Of a stretch of DNA of 64,000 nt, positions 33,215-42,478 are shown piece by piece. The notes beneath the pieces are model-generated. The model had not been told where the DNA came from. It saw only the letters and a list, made by a program, of their open reading frames with translations, and did not search any database. The stretch is from NCBI GenBank assembly GCA_963758105.1, contig CAVWUC010000002.1, forward strand, positions 948,167-1,012,166, given 5' to 3'. The stretch is from an uncultured Acidobacteriaceae bacterium (GTDB taxonomy: Bacteria > Acidobacteriota > Terriglobia > Terriglobales > Acidobacteriaceae). Both the position numbers and the translations under genes were made by a program. Numbering within the stretch: the first letter of the stretch is position 1; the number at the start of each line of letters is the position of its first letter.

Positions 33215-33814
33215 GTGAGCGAGCCGGTTCTTGATTTCAGTTTCCCGCATCGTTGGCAGGCGCGGCAGTTGGCCGCGCGGCCGCTCATCCTCCCCGCGCG
33301 CCACTACGTTTATCCCCGCGAGGCTGAGGAGGTCGAGCGCGGGGCGCTGGAGATGCTGATTACTCCGGCTGCGGAATCTGCGACGGAATTTGCTCCGAAA
33401 GATTCGCCCTCCGCGCAGGAGCTTCTTGCCACCTGCGCGCTGGGCTTTCGCGATCCCCTCGTGCCGACCGGCATCTGGTCTTGTCCAAACCCGGATGAAA
33501 TCTGCGCCGTGGCAGGTGGCTACGCGTACGTCATCGACACCACCGCGCCGGAGCGGTTCACCATGCTGCCCTACCGGCCGGTGCTCGGGGTTTTGCCGCT
33601 GCCCGCTGACGGGCTGCTGCTCTTTGTGGGGCATTACTCGATCCTTGCGTGGGGCGCGCAGGGCCAGGCTTGGGAGTCGGAGAAGCTCTCCGATGAGGGG
33701 GTCACCGTCACCGGCGTCGAGGGCAGCGTGCTGCGCGGCCTCGGCTGGCAGATGCGGAGCGACCGCGAAACGCCATTCGCGCTCGATCTCACGAGCGGAT
33801 CGAGAATCGACTAA
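33215..33814 (+). CDS. Hypothetical 199-aa protein
   Basis: ORF immediately after the gltX stub. GC3-rich. No family recognised. Confidence 0.55.
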   Translation: MSEPVLDFSFPHRWQARQLAARPLILPARHYVYPREAEEVERGALEMLITPAAESATEFAPKDSPSAQELLATCALGFRDPLVPTGIWSCPNPDEICAVAGGYAYVIDTTAPERFTMLPYRPVLGVLPLPADGLLLFVGHYSILAWGAQGQAWESEKLSDEGVTVTGVEGSVLRGLGWQMRSDRETPFALDLTSGSRID

Positions 33815-34090
33815 GAACCTGTTGAAAAACTCGAATTCGGAGCATCGAGCGCGAAAGGGCACGACTTCAGTCGTGCCGAAATCGCAGCAAAATCAACGTG
33901 AGCTTTAAAGGCTGCGGAAAAACCATCTGATGGCAGTTTTGTAACAAGGGCACGGCTTCAGCCGGGCCAAAAATGCCCCAAAATAGAGTGCGGGCTTTAG
34001 CCCCTGCCAAATCTCCGCTCGCCTTTCCCTGTTTTTCCGCAGCCTCTCTAGCCCCTGATCCTTGCCCGCGGCAGTTTTTCAACAGGTTCT
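33814..34090. mobile_element. 277-bp MITE-like nested palindromic element
   Basis: Perfect 18-bp terminal inverted repeats AGAACCTGTTGAAAAACT (33814-33831) / AGTTTTTCAACAGGTTCT (34073-34090). Perfect 15-bp inner inverted repeats AGGCTGCGGAAAAAC (33909-33923) / GTTTTTCCGCAGCCT (34031-34045). Internal hairpin GGCACGAC TTCA GTCGTGCC (33858-33877). Possible TAA duplication at both ends. No ORF. Confidence 0.65.
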
Positions 34091-34163
34091 AAAGGCATCT
34101 CTCCTTCAGATATGGCCCCTTTCCTCCAATTTTCAGGGCAAGCTGCGCCCGCGCCGTGCCGGC

Positions 34164-34619
34164 CTATGCGACGGGTTCGTCCGCTTCTTTTCCCCGGCCG
34201 TCCAGCAGCGCATCGATGCTGAACCTGCCGGCGCCGGTGAAGAACAGCGCAACGCACGCGCCCAGGTAAAGCACAATGAGCTCGCCGTGGTCGCTATTGC
34301 GGCCGAAGAGCACGAAGTGGTGCATGAAGGCCCAGGCTACAAAGATGTTCACAAAGCAGAACAGCGCCGCCCAGCGCGTGGCCAGGCCCACGATCAGCAG
34401 CAGCGTGCAGATGCCGTCCGCAAGCGTCGCAAACAGGAGGCTGGGCACGGCGCCAATGTGCAACGGATTGGGGAAATGCTGCGCCATGGCGCCGAAGTGG
34501 AATAGCTTCTCCGTGCCGTGCTTCAGAAACAGCGGCAGGAAGACGATCACGCGCAGGGCCAACCGGCCGAAATCCGGACTGAGTGGAATCGACTTGAGCA
34601 GTAACAGGCGCTTGAACAT
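34164..34619 (-). CDS. DoxX family membrane protein
   Basis: MFKRLLLLKS...LFLKHGTEKLFHF...GAVPSLLFATLADGICTLLLIVGLATRWAALF...GAGRFSIDALL. AGGAGG lies 5 nt before ATG 34619; the longer ORF-track start is rejected. Confidence 0.85.
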   Translation of the reverse strand: MFKRLLLLKSIPLSPDFGRLALRVIVFLPLFLKHGTEKLFHFGAMAQHFPNPLHIGAVPSLLFATLADGICTLLLIVGLATRWAALFCFVNIFVAWAFMHHFVLFGRNSDHGELIVLYLGACVALFFTGAGRFSIDALLDGRGKEADEPVA

Positions 34620-34746
34620 CAAGACCTCCTGAGCCTGTAGACGATCTCGGGGACGCGATGGACGCAGGGTAAGGGCTCGGTTGGCCGAACAGGCGCATAC
34701 AGAATGCCTGCCGGCGCGAAGCTGTTCCGCCACGAACTGCGCCGGC

Positions 34747-35952
34747 TCACATGGCGGGCTCTCCCGTGCCCCGCAGAATCTCCGCGTACCGCGCGTACAC
34801 ACCTTCAAACACCGCGTCCCAGCTTGCCTTGCGGGCATCGGCGCGGGCGGCGGCGCGCATGCGCTTGTGTTCGGCGGGATCGGCAAGAATCGCGGAGATG
34901 GCCGTTGAAAATTCCTCGTCTGCTACAACCCGGCCGGTCTCGCCGTCGCGGACGATGGTGCAGGGGCCGCCGTCGGGGGTCACAATTGCGGGAACGCCGC
35001 TGGCCAGGGCCTCCAGGACCACATTGCCGAAGGTGTCGGTGTGGGAGGGAAAGACGAACAGGTCCATGTTGGCGTAGGCTGCGGCCAGGGCTTCGCCCTT
35101 CAGGACCCCGGTGAATTCGGCGCGATGCAGCCGCTCGCGCAGCCAGAACTCTCCGGAGCCGTGGCCGACGATCAGGAAGCGGAAGCTGGTGAGACCCTGC
35201 TGTTCGAGCTCCTGCTGGATGCGGTCGAGCAGCCCCACGTTCTTCTCCACCGAGAGACGGCCCACGAAGCCGAGCACGGCTTCGCGGTCTTCACTCTTTC
35301 GCGTGCGTTTGGCGGGATGAAATAGCTCCGCATCCACCCCGCGGGGCATGCCATGGCAGTCGCGGCCGGTCGCGCGCTCCAGCATCGCGCAGAGCTGCGG
35401 GTTGGGCGCGAACAGAACCTGGGCGAGGGAGTAAAACCGAGCTGTCACGGCCAGGGTCAGATCCTCGATCTTCTGTCCCGCGGCCTGCGATGGGCGCTCG
35501 GGCAGGAAGCGCAGGAACCATTGAGAGCGGCGGGCCAGGTACTCGTGGACATTGGTGTGCCAACTGGCCGCCAGCGGTATCTTTCTGTAATGCGCCAAAG
35601 CGGCGCCCAGCATGCCTAGCTCGCTGGGGCCGGTGATGTGGATCAGGTCGGGGCGGAAACGCTCCAGCGCCTCGCCGATGAGCGGCACGTGGCGAATGAA
35701 GGCGGGATCGTAGCGGAGATCCTTTTCCAGGGCAAACGATAAAAAGCCGCGCGGCAGCTCCAGGGTCCAGACGCTGCCGTCTTCATGGAGGGCCTGAGCG
35801 CCGCTCCTGCTGCGGCCGCCGGCGCGGACACAGAGAAAGGGAAGGTTCCGGCGCCGCGCAAAGGCCTCGAACTGGCGGCTGGTATGCGCGACTCCATTCA
35901 CCTCATGGAACGAGTCGGGAAAATAGGCCACGCGCGGCGCGGATTGGATCAT
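34747..35952 (-). CDS. Glycosyltransferase family 4 (GT-B, Glycos_transf_1)
   Basis: VAYFPDSFHEVNGVAHTSRQ...GFVGRLSVEKNVGLL...DLFVFPSHTDTFGNVVLEALASGVPAIV contains the EX7E-type motif region. ATG 35952 is preferred. Confidence 0.88.
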   Translation of the reverse strand: MIQSAPRVAYFPDSFHEVNGVAHTSRQFEAFARRRNLPFLCVRAGGRSRSGAQALHEDGSVWTLELPRGFLSFALEKDLRYDPAFIRHVPLIGEALERFRPDLIHITGPSELGMLGAALAHYRKIPLAASWHTNVHEYLARRSQWFLRFLPERPSQAAGQKIEDLTLAVTARFYSLAQVLFAPNPQLCAMLERATGRDCHGMPRGVDAELFHPAKRTRKSEDREAVLGFVGRLSVEKNVGLLDRIQQELEQQGLTSFRFLIVGHGSGEFWLRERLHRAEFTGVLKGEALAAAYANMDLFVFPSHTDTFGNVVLEALASGVPAIVTPDGGPCTIVRDGETGRVVADEEFSTAISAILADPAEHKRMRAAARADARKASWDAVFEGVYARYAEILRGTGEPAM

Positions 35953-36001
35953 TAACTCGCTCAAATCTCCGCGGACTTCGGCCGGCGCGATCGCGGCTTG
36001 C

Positions 36002-37162
36002 TCAGCCTTCGTTTTCGCCCAGCGCATGCCGCAACTGCTGCGCGTCGTTCCAGGCCATGCGCAGGCCGCCGGAGACCAGGCTCCCATCCATCCTTTGTAC
36101 CAGCGCGATCAGGGCGGAGAACGCCCGCGGCGCCGATCCCCCCGGCCATAGCTCGCACAGCGGCCGGACCACCCCGTTCGCGTCGGGGTGGTAGACGCGC
36201 TCGTCCCAGGTGCGCGAGCCCTGGGGAAACTCGGGATAATGGCGCACCGCATCGATGGTGGAGCGGAGGATGCGCAGCTTCCACGGTTCCGCATACTGCG
36301 GCATGAAGAGCAGGTGGCTCTTGCGCTCGCGGCGGACCTCATGCACAAACTCCGTAAAACTCGCTGTGTTGGTCAAATTGATGTTGGCATTGGGCTCCAC
36401 CCCATGGCGGTCGCCGCCGGAGATCAGCAGCATGTTCCAGCGTTCGGCCAGGCGCCGCACGGCGCGGTTTTCGTCCCAGTTGCGCAGGCCGTTCAGCTCC
36501 AGCGCGTGCAGGTAGTTGCCGTTTTTCTGCAGAAACTCGTTGGCCAGGAACTCGTGGTTCTCCTGGCCGATAAGGTAGAGGTCCCACAGCGGGTGGTTGA
36601 AGACCACCAGCACATCCGGCTCCTGGTGAAGGGCGTGGAGGATCTCCGTCAGCCGCGCGTCATCCGGATGGGCGGTGTATCCGGCAAGGGCGTCCATCCA
36701 CTCCCCGGCGCGGGCGCTGGGCAGATTGTGAATGCCGAGATGGAAGGACTGCAAGCCGCCGTAGGGAGCGCTCCACTCCACCGACACCGGAATCCTGCGG
36801 GCGCTGGGGACCGTCCGCAGCAGCATCGGGGCGCGGATGTTGTCGTGGTCGGTGATGGAAACCATGGCCGACAGGCCGAGCTGCTCGATCTGACGCCGCT
36901 CCAGATCGAAGGCCAGCTTGGGGGTCATGGGCGGGGTCCAGTAGCTGGCGGCGTAGTCGATCGGTACCCCGTGTACCTGGCGGGACCGGCGCTCCAGACG
37001 GGACAGAATCGGCCGGATGAACGGGTACTGGTTGCCGAAGTTGGCCAGAAAGTCCAGGGTCTCCTGGGACTGGTTGGTATGGCTGTGCAACGAAACGCCG
37101 GTTCGGAACGTGCGCGTGGCTTCTTTGTCCCGCCACTGGTATGAGATGGCCGCACTGGGCAT
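36002..37162 (-). CDS. PHP-domain-like metal-dependent phosphoesterase
   Basis: VSLHSHTNQS, SITDHDN and LISGGDRHG are spaced like PHP-family metal ligands. Upstream of, and probably co-transcribed with, the GT4 gene. Confidence 0.6.
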   Translation of the reverse strand: MPSAAISYQWRDKEATRTFRTGVSLHSHTNQSQETLDFLANFGNQYPFIRPILSRLERRSRQVHGVPIDYAASYWTPPMTPKLAFDLERRQIEQLGLSAMVSITDHDNIRAPMLLRTVPSARRIPVSVEWSAPYGGLQSFHLGIHNLPSARAGEWMDALAGYTAHPDDARLTEILHALHQEPDVLVVFNHPLWDLYLIGQENHEFLANEFLQKNGNYLHALELNGLRNWDENRAVRRLAERWNMLLISGGDRHGVEPNANINLTNTASFTEFVHEVRRERKSHLLFMPQYAEPWKLRILRSTIDAVRHYPEFPQGSRTWDERVYHPDANGVVRPLCELWPGGSAPRAFSALIALVQRMDGSLVSGGLRMAWNDAQQLRHALGENEG

Positions 37163-37438
37163 ATCCGCTCCTTGACGATCCGGGTTTGCTCCGAAGTTGT
37201 GTGCGCAGTCGTACTCGGATTTCCGTGTTGCTCTGCCTGATTCTTCGGAATCCTGTGCCTAGTATCCTCAGCGGCCCGTAAATGCTGGGTTAATGGAGCG
37301 AGAATTACCCTTCAATTCGCCGGGGAACCAAAGGAGTTACAGGCAAAACCGGAAGCAGCCGTCACAACCGGCACAACTGCCGGCAAATCCTGCCGAACGA
37401 TAGGATCCGCCTAGAAGATTCTGCCTCAATTGCCGGAA

Positions 37439-38554
37439 TCACCCGCCTGATTTGCCGGCTCCGGATTTGAGGTGCCCAGCTTGCGCGCTTTCGGTGCCGA
37501 GGAAATCGCCCAGGTCCCAGCCGGCCATCAGCTCGTCACCGGCATAGGGCTCCTGGCCGGCGGCCTTGGCTGCGGCCGCCTCCGCGGCAAGATGGTTCCT
37601 GGTCAATCCGTCGCGCAAAATCTGGAAGGCCTGCTCCGGGGTGCTGGCGAACTGGAAGAGATCGATGTCCTTCGGCGAGATGGTGCCGGTATCCACCAGC
37701 GCATCCAGATTGAACACCTTCTTCCAGTACTCGGGCCCGTAGACGACCACGGTGATCTTCTTGGCCAGCTTGCGGGTCTGGGCCAGGGTGAGCAGCTCAA
37801 ACATCTCGTCCAGGGTGCCAAAGCCGCCGGGGAAGACTACCAGGGCCTTGGCCAGGTACGCGAACCACAGCTTGCGCATGAAGAAGTAGTGAAACTCGAA
37901 ATTGAGCGAAGGGGTGATGTAGGGGTTGGGCGCCTGCTCGAAGGGCAGCCGGATATTCATGCCGATGGTCTTGCCGCCGGCCTCGTGGGCGCCGCGGTTG
38001 GCGGCTTCCATGATGCCGGGGCCGCCGCCGGAGGTGATGACAAAGCGGGATTTCTGCGAGGGGATGGTTGTGGTCCAGGCGGTGAGGAGCTGGGCCAGGC
38101 GGCGGGCGTCCTCATAGTAGCGGGCCATCTCCACGGCGGCGACGGCGCGCTTGAGTTGGAGCACAGAGGCGCGGCCGGAGGCGATGTCCGGCGGGGTGGC
38201 CGGCTGCTCGTCACTGGGCGCGGGCTGGCGGGAGCCGGTGTTTTCGAGCAGCTCGAGGGCGCGATCGGCGTCCTCGAGGCTGCGAAAGCGCGCCGAGCCG
38301 AAAAAGACGACGGTGTCCTGAATCTTCTCGCGGCGGAAGCGGGCCAGCGGCTCCATGTACTCCGAGACGATGCGGATCAGGCGACCATCGGCGCTGTTGA
38401 GGAAGGCCGGGTTCTCATAGGCCAGCGGGGCGTTGGCCAGCGGCGGAAGCGCGCCGTTGGCGGCCGGCTGGGCCGGAGTGGCTGCGGCAGCTTCTGCGGC
38501 CTTCTGGCGGGCGGCCTGCGGCTCGTTCGCGGCGGGCTTTTGCTTGACTCCCAT
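37439..38554 (-). CDS. LOG / TIGR00730-family Rossmann-fold nucleotide-monophosphate nucleosidase-like protein
   Basis: VVFFGSARF, SGGGPGIMEAANRGA and VVFPGGFGTLDEMFE (GGGxGxM and PGGxGTxxE motifs). Confidence 0.85.
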   Translation of the reverse strand: MGVKQKPAANEPQAARQKAAEAAAATPAQPAANGALPPLANAPLAYENPAFLNSADGRLIRIVSEYMEPLARFRREKIQDTVVFFGSARFRSLEDADRALELLENTGSRQPAPSDEQPATPPDIASGRASVLQLKRAVAAVEMARYYEDARRLAQLLTAWTTTIPSQKSRFVITSGGGPGIMEAANRGAHEAGGKTIGMNIRLPFEQAPNPYITPSLNFEFHYFFMRKLWFAYLAKALVVFPGGFGTLDEMFELLTLAQTRKLAKKITVVVYGPEYWKKVFNLDALVDTGTISPKDIDLFQFASTPEQAFQILRDGLTRNHLAAEAAAAKAAGQEPYAGDELMAGWDLGDFLGTESAQAGHLKSGAGKSGG

Positions 38555-38613
38555 GACTCTTTTATCCTAATGGACTGGATCGTCCCTTGCCGGCCAGCTC
38601 ATCCGATGACAGC

Positions 38614-39090
38614 CTATTCATCCCGATGGCGCATCGCGTCCTGAAAGGCGATCCATAGATTCAAAAGGCCCAGGCCGGAGATCATGCCGCGCACCGCGCC
38701 ATTGGCGGCATAGTTGGCGAGGGTGGGAAAGATGATAAAGAGCGGGTTGCGATCCCAGAACATCCGCGACCATGGCACGTAGCAGAGGACCAGGCCAAGA
38801 TAAAGGCGCAGAAGAACCCGCAGAAACAGCTCGGCGCGCTCCAGCCAGCGGGGAATCTGCTGCGGTGGGGGAATAGGCGTGGGCGGCGGCGCGGGTTCCG
38901 AGACGGCTGCCGGAGGGGCCATGGGATCGGGCGCGGATTTAGGCCCGGAATCGGGAGCAGGGCCGGACTCATTGCCAGGCACGGAGCCGGGCTCGCGGCG
39001 AGCTGGGACGAAATCGATTCCGGCTGCTGAGACATTCTGCCTGAGTGTGCCCGCCGTTCCCGATTGCACAAAATTGTGTGCAAGAAACAA
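38614..39090 (-). CDS. Hypothetical membrane protein (start uncertain; ATG 38922 also possible)
   Basis: The C-terminal half (RWLERAELFLRVLLRLYLGLVLCYVPWSRMFWDRNPLFIIFPTLANYAANGAVRGMISGLGLLNLWIAF) is hydrophobic and protein-like. The Pro-rich N-terminal part is doubtful. Confidence 0.55.
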   Translation of the reverse strand: MFLAHNFVQSGTAGTLRQNVSAAGIDFVPARREPGSVPGNESGPAPDSGPKSAPDPMAPPAAVSEPAPPPTPIPPPQQIPRWLERAELFLRVLLRLYLGLVLCYVPWSRMFWDRNPLFIIFPTLANYAANGAVRGMISGLGLLNLWIAFQDAMRHRDE

Positions 39091-39317
39091 ATGCGCCGGG
39101 AGACTATATCCCCGGCCAAGGGACGCCGTAATGCAACGGTATCACACCACCTGCCCCCACACCCGGTGCGGCCGGACCCAGCGTTCCTGTCGCCTTTCCG
39201 GCACGGCTTTCCGGACGGAACTGTGCGCCGAATTGAGAGATTGGACGCGCCAAAAAGAGAAAAGCTCCCCATCCTTTGTGCAGGACCGGAAGCTCGAATG
39301 GCCTGGGACGGCCTGGG

Positions 39318-40547
39318 TTATCTCACCCGCACCTTGGGTTCCACGGAAAATCCCGGGCGCAGGAGGTGATTCGGGTCTTCGCCCTTGAGGTCGGTGAAAT
39401 CGATGCGCACCGGAACCCTCTGCACCACCTTCACGTAGTTGCCGGTGGCGTTTTCCGGCGGGAACAGGCTCAGAACCGATCCGGTGGCGCCCCCGATCTG
39501 CGTGACCCGGCCCTGATACGTTTTGCCGGTCGCGTCCACGGCGATCTCCACCGGCTGCCCGGCTTTCATGTGCCGCAGCTGCGTCTCCTTGAAGTTGGCC
39601 GTCACCCACAGGTCCTCGAGCGAAACCAGGGTGAGCAGGTTCTGACCGGCGGAGACGTTCTGATTGATCTCCACGCTCTTGCGGGTGATGATGCCGGCCA
39701 CCGGAGCCACGATCTTGCAGTAACTCAGGTTCAGCTTAGCCTGATCGAGCTGGGCCTGGGCTTCTCCCACCTGCGCCTCAGCCTGGCGGGCGCGCGCGTC
39801 CTGCAAGGCCACCTGCTGGGGTCCGGTCAGGGCGTACCTTTGCATGGCCTGCGCCTGGGTCGCGCGCTCATGGGCCACGCGCACCGCGTCGGCGGCCGCC
39901 TGCTGGCTGGCCAGGGCGTCGGCCACGGCGGCTTTGGCCGCGTCCGCGGCGGCCACGGCCGCGTCATACTGCTGCTTGCTGATCACATCCTTCGCCACCA
40001 GCGGCTTGTAACGCTCCAGGTCCGACTGCGCTTTGAAGTTGTTGGCCTGGGCCTGGGCCACGCGGGCGCGGGCCGCGTCCAACTGCTGCTCGGCCTGTTC
40101 CACGCCGGCGCGCGTGCCGGTCACATCGGCGTCGGCCGAACGCAGGTTGCTGCTGGTGTTCACTGAGATAATGGGCACGTTCACCCGCGCCGCCGCGGCC
40201 GCGGCCTGGGCGCTGGCCAGCGCGGCCTCGGCGTGCTCCACGGCCACCTGGTAGTCGCGCGGGTCGAGCTCGGCGATCGGGTCGCCGGCTTTGACCATCT
40301 GGTTCTCTTCCACGTCCACCTTGATGACCTGCCCGTTGATGCGCGAGCTGACCTGGATCAAGTGGCCGTTCACCTGCGCGTCGTCAGTGTCCTCGCTGTA
40401 GGTGGAGCGCCACCAGAAGATCAGCGCGGCGACCGCGAGGACCGCGACCAACACAGCGACAATGCCCTTGCGGCGAGACGTCGGCTGCTCGATCTCGGTC
40501 TCCTCCGCGGTTTCAGCCGGGCTGGGTGTTTGTATGGAATCGGCCAC
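39318..40547 (-). CDS. HlyD/EmrA-family membrane fusion (periplasmic adaptor) protein
   Basis: N-terminal anchor, TDDAQVNGHLIQVSSRINGQVIKVDVEENQMVKAGDPIAELD, long Ala/Gln coiled coil, then KIVAPVAGIITRKSVEINQNV. Confidence 0.9.
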   Translation of the reverse strand: MADSIQTPSPAETAEETEIEQPTSRRKGIVAVLVAVLAVAALIFWWRSTYSEDTDDAQVNGHLIQVSSRINGQVIKVDVEENQMVKAGDPIAELDPRDYQVAVEHAEAALASAQAAAAAARVNVPIISVNTSSNLRSADADVTGTRAGVEQAEQQLDAARARVAQAQANNFKAQSDLERYKPLVAKDVISKQQYDAAVAAADAAKAAVADALASQQAAADAVRVAHERATQAQAMQRYALTGPQQVALQDARARQAEAQVGEAQAQLDQAKLNLSYCKIVAPVAGIITRKSVEINQNVSAGQNLLTLVSLEDLWVTANFKETQLRHMKAGQPVEIAVDATGKTYQGRVTQIGGATGSVLSLFPPENATGNYVKVVQRVPVRIDFTDLKGEDPNHLLRPGFSVEPKVRVR

Positions 40548-40549
40548 GT

Positions 40550-41995
40550 TTACTTCCCTCCCAGATAAGTCTTGTAGCTGTCTCCCGCGCCCAGGGCGCG
40601 CGCCAGGCTGAGCTTGGCCACATTGTGCCGGTAGAGACTGGTGACATATTGATCGTTGGCCTGGGCCACCGATTGCTGTGCCTCGCTGACCGCCAGGTTG
40701 TCGCTGATCCCGTTGGCGTAGCGCTGCTGCGCCTCGCTGAGCGCCTCGGCGGCCAGCGCCATGCTGGAGCGCGCCACCTGAACCTGCTTCTCTGTCGATG
40801 CTATATCCAGCAGCGCGTCGCGCACGTCGGCGTCCACCTGCGCATTCAGGTCGCTCTGCTCGGCCTTGGCCGTGTCCAGTTGCGACTGCGCGATCTCTGC
40901 CTGGCCGCGCAGTTCAAACTCTTTAAACACCGGAACGCTCACCGTGCCGGCCGCCTCCCCGGTGCCGTGCGAGTGCGAGAGCGTGGTGCCGATGTCGCCG
41001 TAGTCGCCGTCAAACTTCAGCACCGGCAGCCGCGCATCCGTGGCCGCCTTGCGCTGCTGCTCGGCCGCCTGCGCCTCTTCGGCCAGCGCCGCCAGGTCCT
41101 TGCGGTTCAGATGGGCCTGGTTGATGGCTGCCTCAACGTCCATCTGGTCGAAGGCCGCATAAGGAACCTCGTCCGTCAGCTTGAGTCGCTGCGCCAGCGG
41201 AAGCCCGATGGCCCGGGCCAACGCCAGCTTGTCCTTTTCCAGTGAGTCCCGGGCGACGATCAACTGCTGCTCCAGGGTTTGCTCGTCGACCTGTGCGCGC
41301 AGCTCGTCCAGCAGCGGAGCGGTGCCGGCTTGGTGGCGCGCCTGCGCCTGCCCCAACGAGATCTTCGCCGTGGCTACCTGCGCTTCCACGCTGGCCACCT
41401 GCGCCTCATCGGCCAGAACCAGAAGGTAGGCGTTGCCAACCGTCAGCACCACCAGATCGCGCACGTCCTGTGCCGATAATTGCGCCGCGGCAAAGTTGTG
41501 CCGCGCGGCCAGGTAGTTGCGCAGCGAAGTCACGTCCACCAGCGACCAGCTCAGCGAGGCGCGCACGTCGGTATAACTGAATGGCCCAATGATCTTGGGG
41601 AAACTCGGCAGCCGAAGGCCCTCGGCCGGCAGGTCCACCTGGGTCACGGTCTCCATGGCGCTGGCATTCACGCTCGGCAAGAGCGGCTGCAGCTCGCTGA
41701 GCCGCTCGCCGCGCGCCTCCGCCGTCTGCGTGTCGCTGAGGATGATGCCGAGGTTGGCCCGCAGCCCGCGCTGGATCGCGTCGTCCAGGGACAAATCCAG
41801 GGTCCCGGCCGTGGCCTCGCCCTGGGTCACGCTGCCCTGGTAGCTCGAGGTTCCTGGCGCAGGTCCCTGCGGCAGGCCCGGCGTCTGCTGGGCCGCCGCG
41901 GCCAGCCCACACACCGCCAATGCAGCCAGGGACGCCGGCCCCGCCAGCAAAGCACAGCCTCCCGCGCTCAGTTTTCCTGCGTATTTTGTCACCAT
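40550..41995 (-). CDS. TolC-family outer membrane efflux protein
   Basis: LSLDDAIQRGLRANLGI, two OEP repeats, and the C-terminal YNQYVTSLYRHNVAKLSLARALG-type end. Its stop lies 2 nt from the HlyD start. ATG 41995 is preferred to 42049. Confidence 0.88.
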   Translation of the reverse strand: MVTKYAGKLSAGGCALLAGPASLAALAVCGLAAAAQQTPGLPQGPAPGTSSYQGSVTQGEATAGTLDLSLDDAIQRGLRANLGIILSDTQTAEARGERLSELQPLLPSVNASAMETVTQVDLPAEGLRLPSFPKIIGPFSYTDVRASLSWSLVDVTSLRNYLAARHNFAAAQLSAQDVRDLVVLTVGNAYLLVLADEAQVASVEAQVATAKISLGQAQARHQAGTAPLLDELRAQVDEQTLEQQLIVARDSLEKDKLALARAIGLPLAQRLKLTDEVPYAAFDQMDVEAAINQAHLNRKDLAALAEEAQAAEQQRKAATDARLPVLKFDGDYGDIGTTLSHSHGTGEAAGTVSVPVFKEFELRGQAEIAQSQLDTAKAEQSDLNAQVDADVRDALLDIASTEKQVQVARSSMALAAEALSEAQQRYANGISDNLAVSEAQQSVAQANDQYVTSLYRHNVAKLSLARALGAGDSYKTYLGGK

Positions 41996-42026
41996 CAGAT
42001 TTTTCGACTCACCGCGAAGCGCAAAG

Positions 42027-42072
42027 ACCGGAAAATGAATTCCCCTCAAAAAACCGGAAAATGATTTCCCCT
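42027..42072. promoter_or_regulatory. Two direct 20-bp repeats (period 26 bp) just upstream of the tolC start; candidate operator
   Basis: ACCGGAAAATGAATTCCCCT (42027-42046) and ACCGGAAAATGATTTCCCCT (42053-42072); 19 of 20 positions identical. Located 32-77 nt upstream of ATG 41995. Confidence 0.5.
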
Positions 42073-42478
42073 TAATAGATGCAAAGTAAGAACTGGAGGG
42101 TTCTTAACTTGGATTGTATCGAACCACCTGCGCTGCGGCAGACGCCGCTTGCGCGGCATGAGGTTCCTGGGTTCCTGTCTCGGCCGCGGCGGACCAGAAA
42201 AAAACGAAAGGGGCAGGCGACTGTGGTGGGGCGGACGCCGCCGGCAACGGAGCGGGGTCAATGACTCCCTGCCTCCGCAGCCGGGCACACCCGCCGCCGC
42301 GCCGGCTCCGAGCCTGCCCGGAGCTGCGCACGGCCGTTCTTTGCAGTCGGTTCACCGGGTTACTGCCCACGGATGGAACGGGGTCCCTTGGCGGAATTTT
42401 TCTCGACCGGTATTAAGCGCACCCTCCCGCAACCGGGCGCAAACGCGGTAGACTTCCAACACGGCAGAGGACAAGGAA

